From: a virus | Length of the DNA: 64,000 bases | Virus record (IMG/VR): IMGVR_UViG_3300050501_000377 | Strand: one strand, 5' to 3' | Notes under the pieces: generated by a model | What the model was told of the DNA's origin: nothing | The model's database searches: none | Seen by the model: only the letters and a program-made list of their open reading frames with translations | In this document: positions 46,371 to 55,460 of the stretch, one piece after another | How positions within the stretch are numbered: the stretch's first letter is position 1 | Layout of the letters: each line of letters begins with the position of its first letter | Translations under genes and position numbers: made by a program

Positions 46371-46751
46371 ATGAAGCGAGACCGAGACGACGAACCGACC
46401 GTGACCCTGGCCCGCGACGAGTTCAGCGAAGCCTGGCGGAAGACCGGCCATCACCCGGCCGCGGTCACCAAGCAGTCGACGATCGACGTCAGTGACTTCT
46501 ACGGCAACACCGTGACCTGGGTGGTCCGCACGGTGCGGGTCGAGGGCAACGACACGGTGTTCCTGCAGCGCCAGGACGGCGCGGGTGGCGGACGCTGGGT
46601 GCTGCCGCCGCAGGTGACGGCGGTCCTGGCGCGGCATCGGGACGGCGCGGCGACGGTGAACCGGAAGCGTGCGGCGCAGACCAACGCGGCGAACCGGAAG
46701 GCGCAGGGGATCAAGCCGGCGTTCTTAAAGAAGGCGGGGGCGACAAGCTGA
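46371..46751 (+). CDS. hypothetical protein, 126 aa
   Basis: GGAGGAGTGAGCG-ATG context, basic C-tail. Confidence 0.5.
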   Translation: MKRDRDDEPTVTLARDEFSEAWRKTGHHPAAVTKQSTIDVSDFYGNTVTWVVRTVRVEGNDTVFLQRQDGAGGGRWVLPPQVTAVLARHRDGAATVNRKRAAQTNAANRKAQGIKPAFLKKAGATS

Positions 46752-46951
46752 TGGCGACCAAGCAACCCTACTCGACGAAGTACACGGCGCGGGCGAACCC
46801 GCGCCGCTACCTGCTGAGCGGCATCCCGCCGATGCTGTGGGAGCGAGCCAGGAAGAAGGCCCGCGCCGAGCACGTCGCGATGCGGCAGGTCATCCTGTCG
46901 CTCATCGAGGAGTGGCTAGCGCGGCCGACCGACTCGTTCGGCCAGGGCTAG
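46751..46951 (+). CDS. ribbon-helix-helix (CopG/Arc-like) DNA-binding protein, 66 aa
   Basis: RRYLLSGIPPMLWERARKKARAEHVAMRQVILSLIEEWL fits a beta-strand plus two helices. The ATG overlaps the upstream TGA. Confidence 0.5.
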   Translation: MATKQPYSTKYTARANPRRYLLSGIPPMLWERARKKARAEHVAMRQVILSLIEEWLARPTDSFGQG

Positions 46952-46957
46952 CGCGGA

Positions 46958-47146
46958 CTAGCGCGGCAGGACGTTCGGCAAGTCCACGAACCGCGTGAGG
47001 AGATACAGGATGATCACAATCAGGGCCAGGATCTGCAGCGCCACCGCCCACCCGGGCGGCATCGGCACCCTGCTGGTGATCAGCCAGACGAGAAAGCCGA
47101 TCAGGGCGATGACCAGGACGAGGACGATGAGATCCATGACGCACAC
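46958..47146 (-). CDS. small membrane protein, two TM helices (holin-like size)
   Basis: MDLIVLVLVIALIGFLVWLITSR...WAVALQILALIVIILYLLTRF. GTG 47146 or ATG 47137 start. Confidence 0.6.
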   Translation of the reverse strand: MCVMDLIVLVLVIALIGFLVWLITSRVPMPPGWAVALQILALIVIILYLLTRFVDLPNVLPR

Positions 47147-47150
47147 TCCT

Positions 47151-47336
47151 TCAGTGGTTACCGAGTGCTTCCTGTATGACGGCGACCTGCGAGGTCAGAT
47201 CATCGACCTCGACCCGCAGCGGCGCGACCGCCTCGGCGATGAGGCCTTCGATCTGCGACAGCCAGCGCGCCTGGCGCTCGGCGAGCAGTTCCTTGACGGC
47301 TTGGACCTGCGCGGGCGTGAGCGGCGTGTCGGACAT
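47151..47336 (-). CDS. hypothetical helical protein, 61 aa
   Basis: Internal ATG at 47336 of track ORF 47151..47462. GC-rich third positions; MSDTPLTPAQVQAVKELLAERQARW.... Confidence 0.45.
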   Translation of the reverse strand: MSDTPLTPAQVQAVKELLAERQARWLSQIEGLIAEAVAPLRVEVDDLTSQVAVIQEALGNH

Positions 47337-47361
47337 CAGCGTTTCCTTTGAAGGAGCGGAC

Positions 47362-47607
47362 ATGAGTGAGATGAGCGACGACCACGACGACGACAACCAG
47401 GACGACCACGACGTGAAGGACGCGCGCGAGCAGCTCGACGACTGGCTGGAGCAGTGGAGCATCGCCTATGACAACGCCAGCCGCCGCCGGAGCGAGATCG
47501 TCTGGCGGATGGAGCAGGACCCGGCGACGCGGGAGAAGCTCGGGGTGTTGTTCGACGAGCTGAACATGGCGATTGCCCTCATCCTCGAAGGCCAGCCGCT
47601 CGACTAG
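47362..47607 (+). CDS. acidic hypothetical protein, 81 aa
   Basis: Internal ATG of track ORF 47176..47607, preceded by GAAGGAG. MSEMSDDHDDDNQDDHDVKD.... Confidence 0.45.
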   Translation: MSEMSDDHDDDNQDDHDVKDAREQLDDWLEQWSIAYDNASRRRSEIVWRMEQDPATREKLGVLFDELNMAIALILEGQPLD

Positions 47608-47622
47608 CGCGACTAGCGGCGA

Positions 47623-49101
47623 CTAGCGGGAGTAGGTCCGCTTCGGCGGCGGTGTCGCCACCCACTTCTTGTTCTGGGTGTAGGCCCGCTTCAGCCGCTG
47701 CGGATCGACCATCGCTTCCATGTCGAGCAGATCGTAGGTGCGGAGGAAGTCCTTCGGCCCGCCCTGATACTTCATCTGCTTCAACCCTTCCTCGCGCGGC
47801 CCGCCGCGGATGCCCTCCCAGATGTCGCCGAAGAGCGGGTGGAACTGCCGCTTCGGGTCGAGGCTCTGCATCCCGGGGATCATCGCGTCCTGCAGCCGCT
47901 GGTACATCAGCTCCTCGCCCGCTGGGCCGGCGAGTTCCTTCGCAGTCAGGCCTTCGGTTCGCATGAAGTACTTCCGCAAGGCGGGGAAGGCGTCGACGAG
48001 CTTGTCGGACTCCGCACCGGCGCCGTGCAGGATGTGCGTGTCGATCGGCATGACGTTATTGACGCCGCGGGCGAACGCCCCGAAGCGCCCGGTCTTCGGA
48101 CTCTCGTTCGGCAGGCCGTTGATCAGCTGATTGATGGCGTTGACCTTCGCCTGCGCGGCCGAGAGGAGATCGCCGTGGAGGTAGGTCTGCTTGTAGGGGT
48201 TGCCCTTCTTGTTGATCGCGCCGTAGTGCTTGAGGAGGAGATCCTCGCCAGGCCGGTCCAGCGCGTGCGCGAGGACGCCCACCGCCTCGCGCATGTTCTT
48301 GTTGACGGGCGTGGTCGGCGAGGTGGCGCCGATGATGTCGGCGAAGAAGCGGGCGGCGTGCCTGTCGCCGCCGAAGGCCTGCAGCATCTCCGGGTCGTGG
48401 ATGACGCTCGACCAGTCGGCCTTCGGGTCCATCGGCAGGCCGTACTTGTAGCCGTGGCCGAAGCGCTCGATGACATCGGGGTGGAGCGCGTGCGAGTGCT
48501 CGCCGATCTGGTAGATGGTCTTGGCGAGTTCGCCGCGCGCCGGGATGCCGCCGATCGCCCGGGGGACGTAGGGCGTGCCCGCGAGCATCGGCGCGAGCGA
48601 GGGATCGACGTTGAGCGCCGCGCCACCGGGGGTGGTGCCGGCGGTGAGCTGGTCGATCATCGCGTTGGGCAGCGCGCGGTGCGGCGCGACCATCGCGTCG
48701 ATGACCGGCTTGCCCGTGCGCGGCAGCTGCCGCTCGACGCTCTGGTGCATCACGTCGCCGACCGCTTTGACTTCCGGGTCCAGCTCGAAGAGCGAGGCGG
48801 CGTAGGCCTTGGCGGTGTCGACACCGCGGCGGATCGGCGAGGGGACCAGATCGGCGCGGCGCTGTTTGCCGGCGGCCAGGTCGGCGCGCGACGCTTCGAG
48901 CGCGCGTTCGAGCGGGCGCTCGGGGCTGCGCGGCGCGGTCAGCGACGCGGGCAGCTGGTCATGCACCCAGCGCAGGGCATCGAGCGGCATCCGCCACGAC
49001 GGGCCGACCATCTCGTCGAGCACGCTGGTCAGGAGTTCGCGCGACGGGCGTGGCTGCGGGGACGGCTGCGACGGCTGCGAGGACGGCTGCACGTCAGGCA
49101 T
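47623..49101 (-). CDS. hypothetical protein, 492 aa (last gene of the leftward virion block)
   Basis: Closed, globular-looking ORF starting 4 nt after the stop of the SLT-domain gene. No motif I can assign with confidence. Confidence 0.55.
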   Translation of the reverse strand: MPDVQPSSQPSQPSPQPRPSRELLTSVLDEMVGPSWRMPLDALRWVHDQLPASLTAPRSPERPLERALEASRADLAAGKQRRADLVPSPIRRGVDTAKAYAASLFELDPEVKAVGDVMHQSVERQLPRTGKPVIDAMVAPHRALPNAMIDQLTAGTTPGGAALNVDPSLAPMLAGTPYVPRAIGGIPARGELAKTIYQIGEHSHALHPDVIERFGHGYKYGLPMDPKADWSSVIHDPEMLQAFGGDRHAARFFADIIGATSPTTPVNKNMREAVGVLAHALDRPGEDLLLKHYGAINKKGNPYKQTYLHGDLLSAAQAKVNAINQLINGLPNESPKTGRFGAFARGVNNVMPIDTHILHGAGAESDKLVDAFPALRKYFMRTEGLTAKELAGPAGEELMYQRLQDAMIPGMQSLDPKRQFHPLFGDIWEGIRGGPREEGLKQMKYQGGPKDFLRTYDLLDMEAMVDPQRLKRAYTQNKKWVATPPPKRTYSR

Positions 49102-49104
49102 CGC

Positions 49105-52077
49105 TCACCTCGGTGGCGGCGGCGGCCCGCCGCCCACCTGCGACTTGATGGTCAGGAAGAGGTCGGAGCTGCCGCCCTGCGGTCCCAGCTTCTTCCCGCG
49201 ATCGACCTCCTCGGTCCCGATCCAGCGCTTCACCGCCCGGTAGGCGACGGAGCTATTCGGGTCGGCGAGCCAGGTCACCAGCGCACGGTTGACGCGCGGG
49301 TCGGCCGCCGCCGCCTTGAGCAGGTCGCCCGAGGTCGGTCCCATCATCATGCGAATCAGCCCGACCGAGCCGCGGTAACTGAAGGGGCGGGCGCCGGCAT
49401 GGATCAAGTCGAGGACCTGCTGCGCTTTCTGGCGCGAGCCGTCAATCGCCACGGCTTCGCCGTCGGTGATCGTTCTGGCCGCCCGCTCCTTGATCGCGTT
49501 CTGCGCCAGCTCGTTCTGGGCCTTGTAGCGAATCTGGCGCACGTCGGCACTGCGCCCGCGCGCCTGACTCTCGCCCGCTCGCTTGGCGGCACGCACGCCC
49601 TGCTCGCCGGTGCCGGCGGCGGCGCGCGTCGCCTGGGTCGCCCCCTCGCGGGTCTTGGCGATCCGCTCCTCGCCCAGCTGACGAGCGGCCTCGACGCCGC
49701 GCCGGCCGGCGGTCTCGGCGCGGGCGACGCCCTCGGCGGCTTCGGCGCCGCCCCGCTCCCAGGCGGCGGACCAGTCGTCGAGCGTGCGGAGGACCTGGGC
49801 GCGGGTCGAGCCGAGCAGGTTGCGCGCGAACTCCGGGTTGTCGTGCAGGACGCGCATCCGCTGCGCCAGGGTGTCCAGGCCGCCCTGCAGGATGTTGCGA
49901 TACAGCCACGCCTGACGCACCGAGTCGGCAGCCTCGGGGCCGTGGCGGGTCAGCGCGTCCATCATCAGGCGGGTCTGCGTCGGGTCGTTGGGCGAGATCA
50001 TCTGGACGATGCGCTCGGGCGCGCCAACCGCGTGCTTCGCCACCTGCTCGCCGTAGCCCTTGGCGGTCGTTTCGAGGACGTCCTCGTAGGCGCGCGTCGC
50101 CGCGTTGTAGGGTTCGTGGACTGACAGCATCCGGCGGATCTCGCCGTAGAGATGCTTGCGGGCGCCCTCGAAGAGGTTGCTCAGCGGGTTGTCGAAGTCG
50201 AGCGTCGCCCCGAGCTGCGCCTTCCACTGGTGCAGCGTGTAGAAGTCGATCGGCCCCTCGTGATTGAGGATGCGCGCGATCGTCTGCATCACCGGGTGCT
50301 GCGCGATCGCGGCGCGCTCAGCGTCGCTGATCTCGATCTGCAGCTGCGGGTCGATCGCGGCGGCGGGTGGCGCGGGCGGTGGCGTCGCCGCGGGACGCAT
50401 GATGGGTTGACCGGTCGACGGGTCGATGATGCCGGTCGAGACCGGCGGTGGCGCCGCAGCGGGCGGTGCGGGCGGCGGCGCCGCGACACGCGGGAAGGCG
50501 CGCTCAGGCGGCAGGATCTCCTCAGCCACCATGCGGCGGGCTTCCGCCTGCAGCGGCGCCGGGTCGAGCGCGGGGCCGGTGCGCGCCGCGCCCGAGACCG
50601 CTTCGCCGAGGCGATTGGCTTCCGCAGCGAGCGGGTCCTGGTAGACGTCAGCGACCTGGCGGCCAACGGCACTCTCTGACGGCGGCGTGCCGATCGTGGA
50701 CTGGTACTGGTTGGCGAGGTCGCGCTGCGCCTGCTCGCCCGCCTCGGTCGTGGTGGCGACCTCACCACGCGCCAGTTCCTCACCCGTGGCGACGTTGCGC
50801 CGGGTGGTGGTCTCGGCGCGGCCGAGGGCCGCAGCGGCTTCGTCGCGCGCGGCCTGGACGGCGGCGGTCTTGGCGTCCTGGGCGACGCGAACGGAGGCCT
50901 GGCTGGTCGCGCGCTGGCTGGCGCCGATGTTCTGCAGCGAGAAGAGCAGGTCGCGCGCGGACTGCTTGATCGTGTCGCGGGCGGTGGCGAGACCGCTGAG
51001 GAGGAGGTCGCGTTCGGCGCCGAGGTGCTCGACGACTTCGCGCATCACCTTCGGGCCGGCGAGCGCACGGTCGATGAAGCGGAACGGGGCGAGGGTGGCG
51101 TGGCCGAGGAGATCGGCCGCGGCTTGCGTCCCACCGGCCTCGGCGATGGCCGGGATGTTCGGCGCGCGGCGCTGGCCGGTGACGCCTTCGTAGAGCTGCT
51201 CGCCGGTCTCTTCGAGGGCGCCCGCGCCGCCAGCGACCAGCGCACCGATGCCAGCGGTGGTGAGCGCACCGGCGGTGGCCGGGACGACGAACGGCAGCGC
51301 GGCGATCCCCGCGCTGGTGGCGGCGATGTTCTGACGGCCCTGGCGCTCGCGCGGGTCGAAGGCGTGGCCGATGGCGCGGCCGGCCTGCTGCGCCTGGCCG
51401 ACGACGGGCGAGCCACTGGCAGAGAGCCAGGGCGGCGCAGGGGGCGAGGTGCCGGACGCCTGCGCCCCGCGCAGCTGCTTCGCCTTGTCCATCTCCGCCT
51501 GGATGTCGGCGGGGATCCGCTCGGTCGTGTTGGTGAGCCACTCCCACCAGCTCGGGCGGCGGTTCTGGGGCAGGCCGAGCGTCGGTTCGGTCGACGACGG
51601 CGCGGCGGCGGCTGGTGGAGCGGCAGCGGCTGGTGCGGTGCCGCCGCCGCCGGCCTCGCTCGTCTGACGCTGCACATCCGCGAGCACCCTCTGCACGAAC
51701 GGGTCGGTCAGCGTCGGGTCCGCACCGGGGCTGGCGTTGTAGAGGCGCAGCGCCTTGACCACGTCGTTCCCGCTGCGGTCGAGCAGCTCGCGGAACTCCT
51801 CCAGCCCGCCACGGATGTTGTCGTGCGGGTCGTTGGGATTGACCTTGCGCCGCGCCATCGTCTCCGGCATCAGCTGCATGATGCCGCGCGCTCCCTTCGG
51901 CGAGAGCGCGTTGGGGTCGAAGTCGTTCAGCTTCGGGTTCCACGACTCCGTGCGGGCGATCGCTTTGGCGATCCGCGGATCGATCTGGTACTTCTTCGCC
52001 ATCCCGTCGATCACATCAGCGAAGGTCGCTGGTGTGGCGGGAGCGGTACCGGCGCCAGTCGGGAGCTGCGGAGGCAT
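49105..52077 (-). CDS. internal virion / ejection protein with N-terminal lytic transglycosylase (SLT) domain
   Basis: IAKAIARTESWNP...ARGIMQLMPETM shows the catalytic Glu-Ser and GxMQ motifs of SLT domains. The 990-aa Ala-rich helical remainder resembles T7 gp16-type proteins. Confidence 0.8.
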   Translation of the reverse strand: MPPQLPTGAGTAPATPATFADVIDGMAKKYQIDPRIAKAIARTESWNPKLNDFDPNALSPKGARGIMQLMPETMARRKVNPNDPHDNIRGGLEEFRELLDRSGNDVVKALRLYNASPGADPTLTDPFVQRVLADVQRQTSEAGGGGTAPAAAAPPAAAAPSSTEPTLGLPQNRRPSWWEWLTNTTERIPADIQAEMDKAKQLRGAQASGTSPPAPPWLSASGSPVVGQAQQAGRAIGHAFDPRERQGRQNIAATSAGIAALPFVVPATAGALTTAGIGALVAGGAGALEETGEQLYEGVTGQRRAPNIPAIAEAGGTQAAADLLGHATLAPFRFIDRALAGPKVMREVVEHLGAERDLLLSGLATARDTIKQSARDLLFSLQNIGASQRATSQASVRVAQDAKTAAVQAARDEAAAALGRAETTTRRNVATGEELARGEVATTTEAGEQAQRDLANQYQSTIGTPPSESAVGRQVADVYQDPLAAEANRLGEAVSGAARTGPALDPAPLQAEARRMVAEEILPPERAFPRVAAPPPAPPAAAPPPVSTGIIDPSTGQPIMRPAATPPPAPPAAAIDPQLQIEISDAERAAIAQHPVMQTIARILNHEGPIDFYTLHQWKAQLGATLDFDNPLSNLFEGARKHLYGEIRRMLSVHEPYNAATRAYEDVLETTAKGYGEQVAKHAVGAPERIVQMISPNDPTQTRLMMDALTRHGPEAADSVRQAWLYRNILQGGLDTLAQRMRVLHDNPEFARNLLGSTRAQVLRTLDDWSAAWERGGAEAAEGVARAETAGRRGVEAARQLGEERIAKTREGATQATRAAAGTGEQGVRAAKRAGESQARGRSADVRQIRYKAQNELAQNAIKERAARTITDGEAVAIDGSRQKAQQVLDLIHAGARPFSYRGSVGLIRMMMGPTSGDLLKAAAADPRVNRALVTWLADPNSSVAYRAVKRWIGTEEVDRGKKLGPQGGSSDLFLTIKSQVGGGPPPPPR

Positions 52078-53969
52078 CAGCGGTAGGGCTGCCCTTTGTA
52101 GTGCAGCACGCCGTTGACCATCGTCCAGTCAGAGGGGGCAGGCGCGGGAGCGGGGAGCGCAGCGCTGGGAGCGGCAGTGGCGGCGGCGGGTGGCGGCGGG
52201 CCACCAGCAGCGGCGGGAGCGGCACCGGCGGCGGGCGGCACCACCGGCGTGGCCGGCAGCGTCTGGAGGACCTCGCGCAGGTACTGTTTGGTCACCGCGA
52301 GACGCGCCCGCGCGCTCTCCTGCGTGTCCCCGACGAATGGGTCGAGGATGTTGCCCCGGATCTGCGCCAGGGTGTCCATCGCGCGCTGCGCGTCCAGGTC
52401 GGTCTGCGTGCCGACGTTCTCCTGCACCACGCGCGAGAGCGAGGCGAGGATCTGGTTGATGGCGGAGTCGAGGATCGCATACTGCGCGCGATACTCGGGG
52501 ATACGGCGCGCGACGCCGATCGCAGCGCCTGGGGCCAGACCGCCGAGCGAGTTGGTGCGTGGCAGGACGTCGAGCGCCTTGTCGATCTCTTCGAGCCAGG
52601 TAGCCATCTGGCCGACGAGCATCCGCCGGTCGGCTTGCTTGGCCGTGGGGACGATCTGCCCCCCAACCTGCGCGCTGGTGGTGCCGACCGGGACGTGCGC
52701 GGCCTGCGCCGAGGGGATGTCGAGCGGGCGGTTGTACCGCGCCAGCCCCGCGCCGGTGCCGGAGGCGAGCGACGCCTCTTGCTGCTTCTGGTTGGCGACG
52801 GCATTCACCTGGGCCGCGACCGCCGGGTCGTTCATGTACTCGATGCGCGAGAAGCCGAGTTCAGCGAGCGCTCGGGTGACGTACTGGCCGCCGCTCATCG
52901 CCGAGTAGGGCATCGCCCGGGTGACCGTATAGGGGATCGGGTTGCGCCGCCCGTCGAGGTACTGGCCGTTGCGAATGTCCTGGAAGCCCAGCTCGCGATG
53001 CGGGATGCCCTGCTCGTCGGTCCACTCCAGCTCCATCGACCGGTATTGCCCCCCGGTGAGCGCCCGCTGGTGGAACGAGACCACGTCCTGGGCCGCCTGC
53101 TCGGTAGCTTGTTCGGGCGACAGGCCGGTCTGGAGGTAGATGTCGCGCAGCGCCTCGAAGTCGCCGGTCAGCTGCGCGCGACGCGCCGCGATCTGCAGGT
53201 CGGTCTGCGACGGGTAGACGTTGGGCCGCTGCCACTGCTGGGTGCGTTCCATCCCGGCGACGGCCTGGCCGGGGACGTCGCGCGTCGGCATCGACGCAGA
53301 CGGGTAGCCGGCTGGCGCCCCGATCGCGGCAGCGCTCGCGGGCGGCTGGGGCGGCGCGCCGAGGGCGGGCGGAGCGGGCGGCGGCTTGGGTTCGTTTTGC
53401 GCCGTCTGCGCTTCGAGCAGCTGCTGGTGCGTCGCGACTGGGGCGCTTCCCGGGGGTGTCGGCGGCGGTGTGGTCATCGGCGCGGCGCCGGCCTCGGTCG
53501 GGCTGGTCGCCGGGAGTGCCGCGGCGCCGGGAGCGGGTGGGGCGGGCGGCGGCGCGGGCGGTGGCGTCGGCGGCGGGTGCATCGACGAGTAGTTGCCCGG
53601 GACGCTACTGAGCGGGAACGGGCTGATGCCTCCCGACTGCCGGGACGGCAGCCCCGCGAAGGGCTTCTCCTCGCCCTCGGTCAGCTGCGGCGTGTTCATG
53701 TACTCCAGCAGCTTCGGGTAGATGGGGTTCGACTGCATCTCGCCCATCCAGCCGCTGATGCCCTTGGAGCGCTTCTGCGGCTGGCTGCCGAGGATGAGGC
53801 CGGTCGCCGCCATCGAGGCGACTTCCTTGTTGGGGGAGTTCAGCAGGTCGCGGAAGACCTGGTTCTCGCGCTGCGCGGCTTCGCGCGCGGCCTGGAACTT
53901 CTCGTCTTCGATCTTGCGGCTACGGTCGGCGTAGCCGGTGATCATCCCGGTCAGCCAGTCCATCCCCAT
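52077..53969 (-). CDS. internal virion protein (inferred), 630 aa
   Basis: The stop overlaps the start of the SLT gene. Pro/Ala-rich central linker. Position equivalent to podovirus core proteins. Confidence 0.55.
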   Translation of the reverse strand: MGMDWLTGMITGYADRSRKIEDEKFQAAREAAQRENQVFRDLLNSPNKEVASMAATGLILGSQPQKRSKGISGWMGEMQSNPIYPKLLEYMNTPQLTEGEEKPFAGLPSRQSGGISPFPLSSVPGNYSSMHPPPTPPPAPPPAPPAPGAAALPATSPTEAGAAPMTTPPPTPPGSAPVATHQQLLEAQTAQNEPKPPPAPPALGAPPQPPASAAAIGAPAGYPSASMPTRDVPGQAVAGMERTQQWQRPNVYPSQTDLQIAARRAQLTGDFEALRDIYLQTGLSPEQATEQAAQDVVSFHQRALTGGQYRSMELEWTDEQGIPHRELGFQDIRNGQYLDGRRNPIPYTVTRAMPYSAMSGGQYVTRALAELGFSRIEYMNDPAVAAQVNAVANQKQQEASLASGTGAGLARYNRPLDIPSAQAAHVPVGTTSAQVGGQIVPTAKQADRRMLVGQMATWLEEIDKALDVLPRTNSLGGLAPGAAIGVARRIPEYRAQYAILDSAINQILASLSRVVQENVGTQTDLDAQRAMDTLAQIRGNILDPFVGDTQESARARLAVTKQYLREVLQTLPATPVVPPAAGAAPAAAGGPPPPAAATAAPSAALPAPAPAPSDWTMVNGVLHYKGQPYR

Positions 53970-53981
53970 CGGGTGTCTCCG

Positions 53982-55415
53982 TTAGCCCCAGGCGCCGCTG
54001 TTCCAACCGGGCGGGAAGTTGGTCGGGTTCTGCGGCAGCATCCCGGGCTGCACCTGGCCGAGGTTCGGGATCTGCGGCAGCGCAACGGGCGCCCCGCGCG
54101 CGGCGGGCGCACCCGGCGTGCGAGTCGTCTGTGTGGTCCCGGCTGGCGGCGTCTTGGCCGACCCTGCTTTCTTCTTGCCGGCGGGGATCGCTTCGCCGAT
54201 GTCGCGCACCAGGCCGCCCCACGCCGCACCGGCTTCCTGGCCGCGCTTGGCCGCCTGCGTGCGGTTGGCGAGGCCGCCGGTCAGCAGGTTGCCGTAGATG
54301 TTGCCGGAGTTACTGAGCATCGGGTTGACCTGTTGCAGCAGGTCGGTGCCCAGACCGGCGAGCGCCCCGGCAGCAGCCGGCTGCACGCCGGTGGTGAGCG
54401 CGGCGATCTTGCTCGCCTGGTCGCGGGCGAGGTCACCACTGGCGACATCACGCGCGGCGCCGCGCACGCCCTGCTGATTGAGATTGCGCTGCGCGCCGCG
54501 GTAGGCACCGGTGACCTGCGCCATCGCGGGCGCGACCGCCTGGGTCATCGCGGCGCGGTTGCCGTGCAGCAGCGTCTGGTAGTAGCTGGCGGGCTGGCTG
54601 ATGTAGGGCCGCGACTCCTTGAAGAGCGAGCGCCCGCCCTGCCCGAGCGTGCCGGCGGCGCCTTGAGCACCGGAAAGCGCGAGCTGTTCTTCGGGTGAGC
54701 GCTTCTCCGCGGACTTCTGCGCCTTGTTCGACATGATGCCGCCGACGACAGCGCCGCCGACCTGGCCGGCGAGTGGACCCCACTTGCCCCAGCCGCTCGG
54801 CTCGTCGTCGCCACCGCCACCGGAGTTCTGCGGCAGCAGACTGCTGTAGGGACTCACCATCTTGTTGCCTCCGCCTCCGCCTGTGCCTAGCGAGTTCTGG
54901 TAGACGTTCCCGTTCCCGCCGCCGCCGCCGCGCGAGGCGAGATTCAGCCCGGTATTGAGCGCGGTCTGCGGCGCGTTCTGGACGACGTTCTTCCCGGCCG
55001 ACTGCAGCGAGGTCTTGAAGCCGCCGCCGGAGAGTGCGCTGCCCAGACCGCCCGCGATCGCCTGACCGGTCGGGCCGCCGAGATACTTGCCGCCGGCCTT
55101 GCTGCCGACGTCGATAGCGGCCTGGGTGCCGAGCTTCTTGGCCCCCTGCACCAGCCCCTGCTTGAGGCCGGCTTTCGCCGCGCCCCCGGCTGCAGCGCCG
55201 CCGGCCCCGCCACCCGGGATGGCGCCGAGGGCGCCGCCCAGGGCTGCACCCTTCCAGCCACCGCCGCCCAGCGCGCCCGAGGCGGCTCCGGCGCCCGCGC
55301 CGATCGCGAGGAGGCTGGCCCCGCCGGTGAACGGGGCCGCAACGATCGGCGCCGCGCGCAGCGCCCACTTGCCGACGTTCTTCCAGTTCTTCCCCGAGAT
55401 GCCCAGGAAGCCCAT
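53982..55415 (-). CDS. Gly-rich internal virion protein (inferred), 477 aa
   Basis: Long Gly/Ala tracts, hydrophobic segments near the N-terminus, and a Gln/Asn-rich C-half. GC-rich third positions in this frame only. Confidence 0.55.
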   Translation of the reverse strand: MGFLGISGKNWKNVGKWALRAAPIVAAPFTGGASLLAIGAGAGAASGALGGGGWKGAALGGALGAIPGGGAGGAAAGGAAKAGLKQGLVQGAKKLGTQAAIDVGSKAGGKYLGGPTGQAIAGGLGSALSGGGFKTSLQSAGKNVVQNAPQTALNTGLNLASRGGGGGNGNVYQNSLGTGGGGGNKMVSPYSSLLPQNSGGGGDDEPSGWGKWGPLAGQVGGAVVGGIMSNKAQKSAEKRSPEEQLALSGAQGAAGTLGQGGRSLFKESRPYISQPASYYQTLLHGNRAAMTQAVAPAMAQVTGAYRGAQRNLNQQGVRGAARDVASGDLARDQASKIAALTTGVQPAAAGALAGLGTDLLQQVNPMLSNSGNIYGNLLTGGLANRTQAAKRGQEAGAAWGGLVRDIGEAIPAGKKKAGSAKTPPAGTTQTTRTPGAPAARGAPVALPQIPNLGQVQPGMLPQNPTNFPPGWNSGAWG

Positions 55416-55460
55416 GCGCTGTTCATCCTCCGAGACAACCGACCGCTCGGCAAGACCCCC

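Noticed and set aside
47623-49101. HhH-GPD DNA-glycosylase call for the 492-aa protein, based on MPIDTHILHG resembling the VDTHV motif
   Set aside because: This is a single short motif with no recognisable helix-hairpin-helix/GPD loop or catalytic Asp context, too weak to report as a function.
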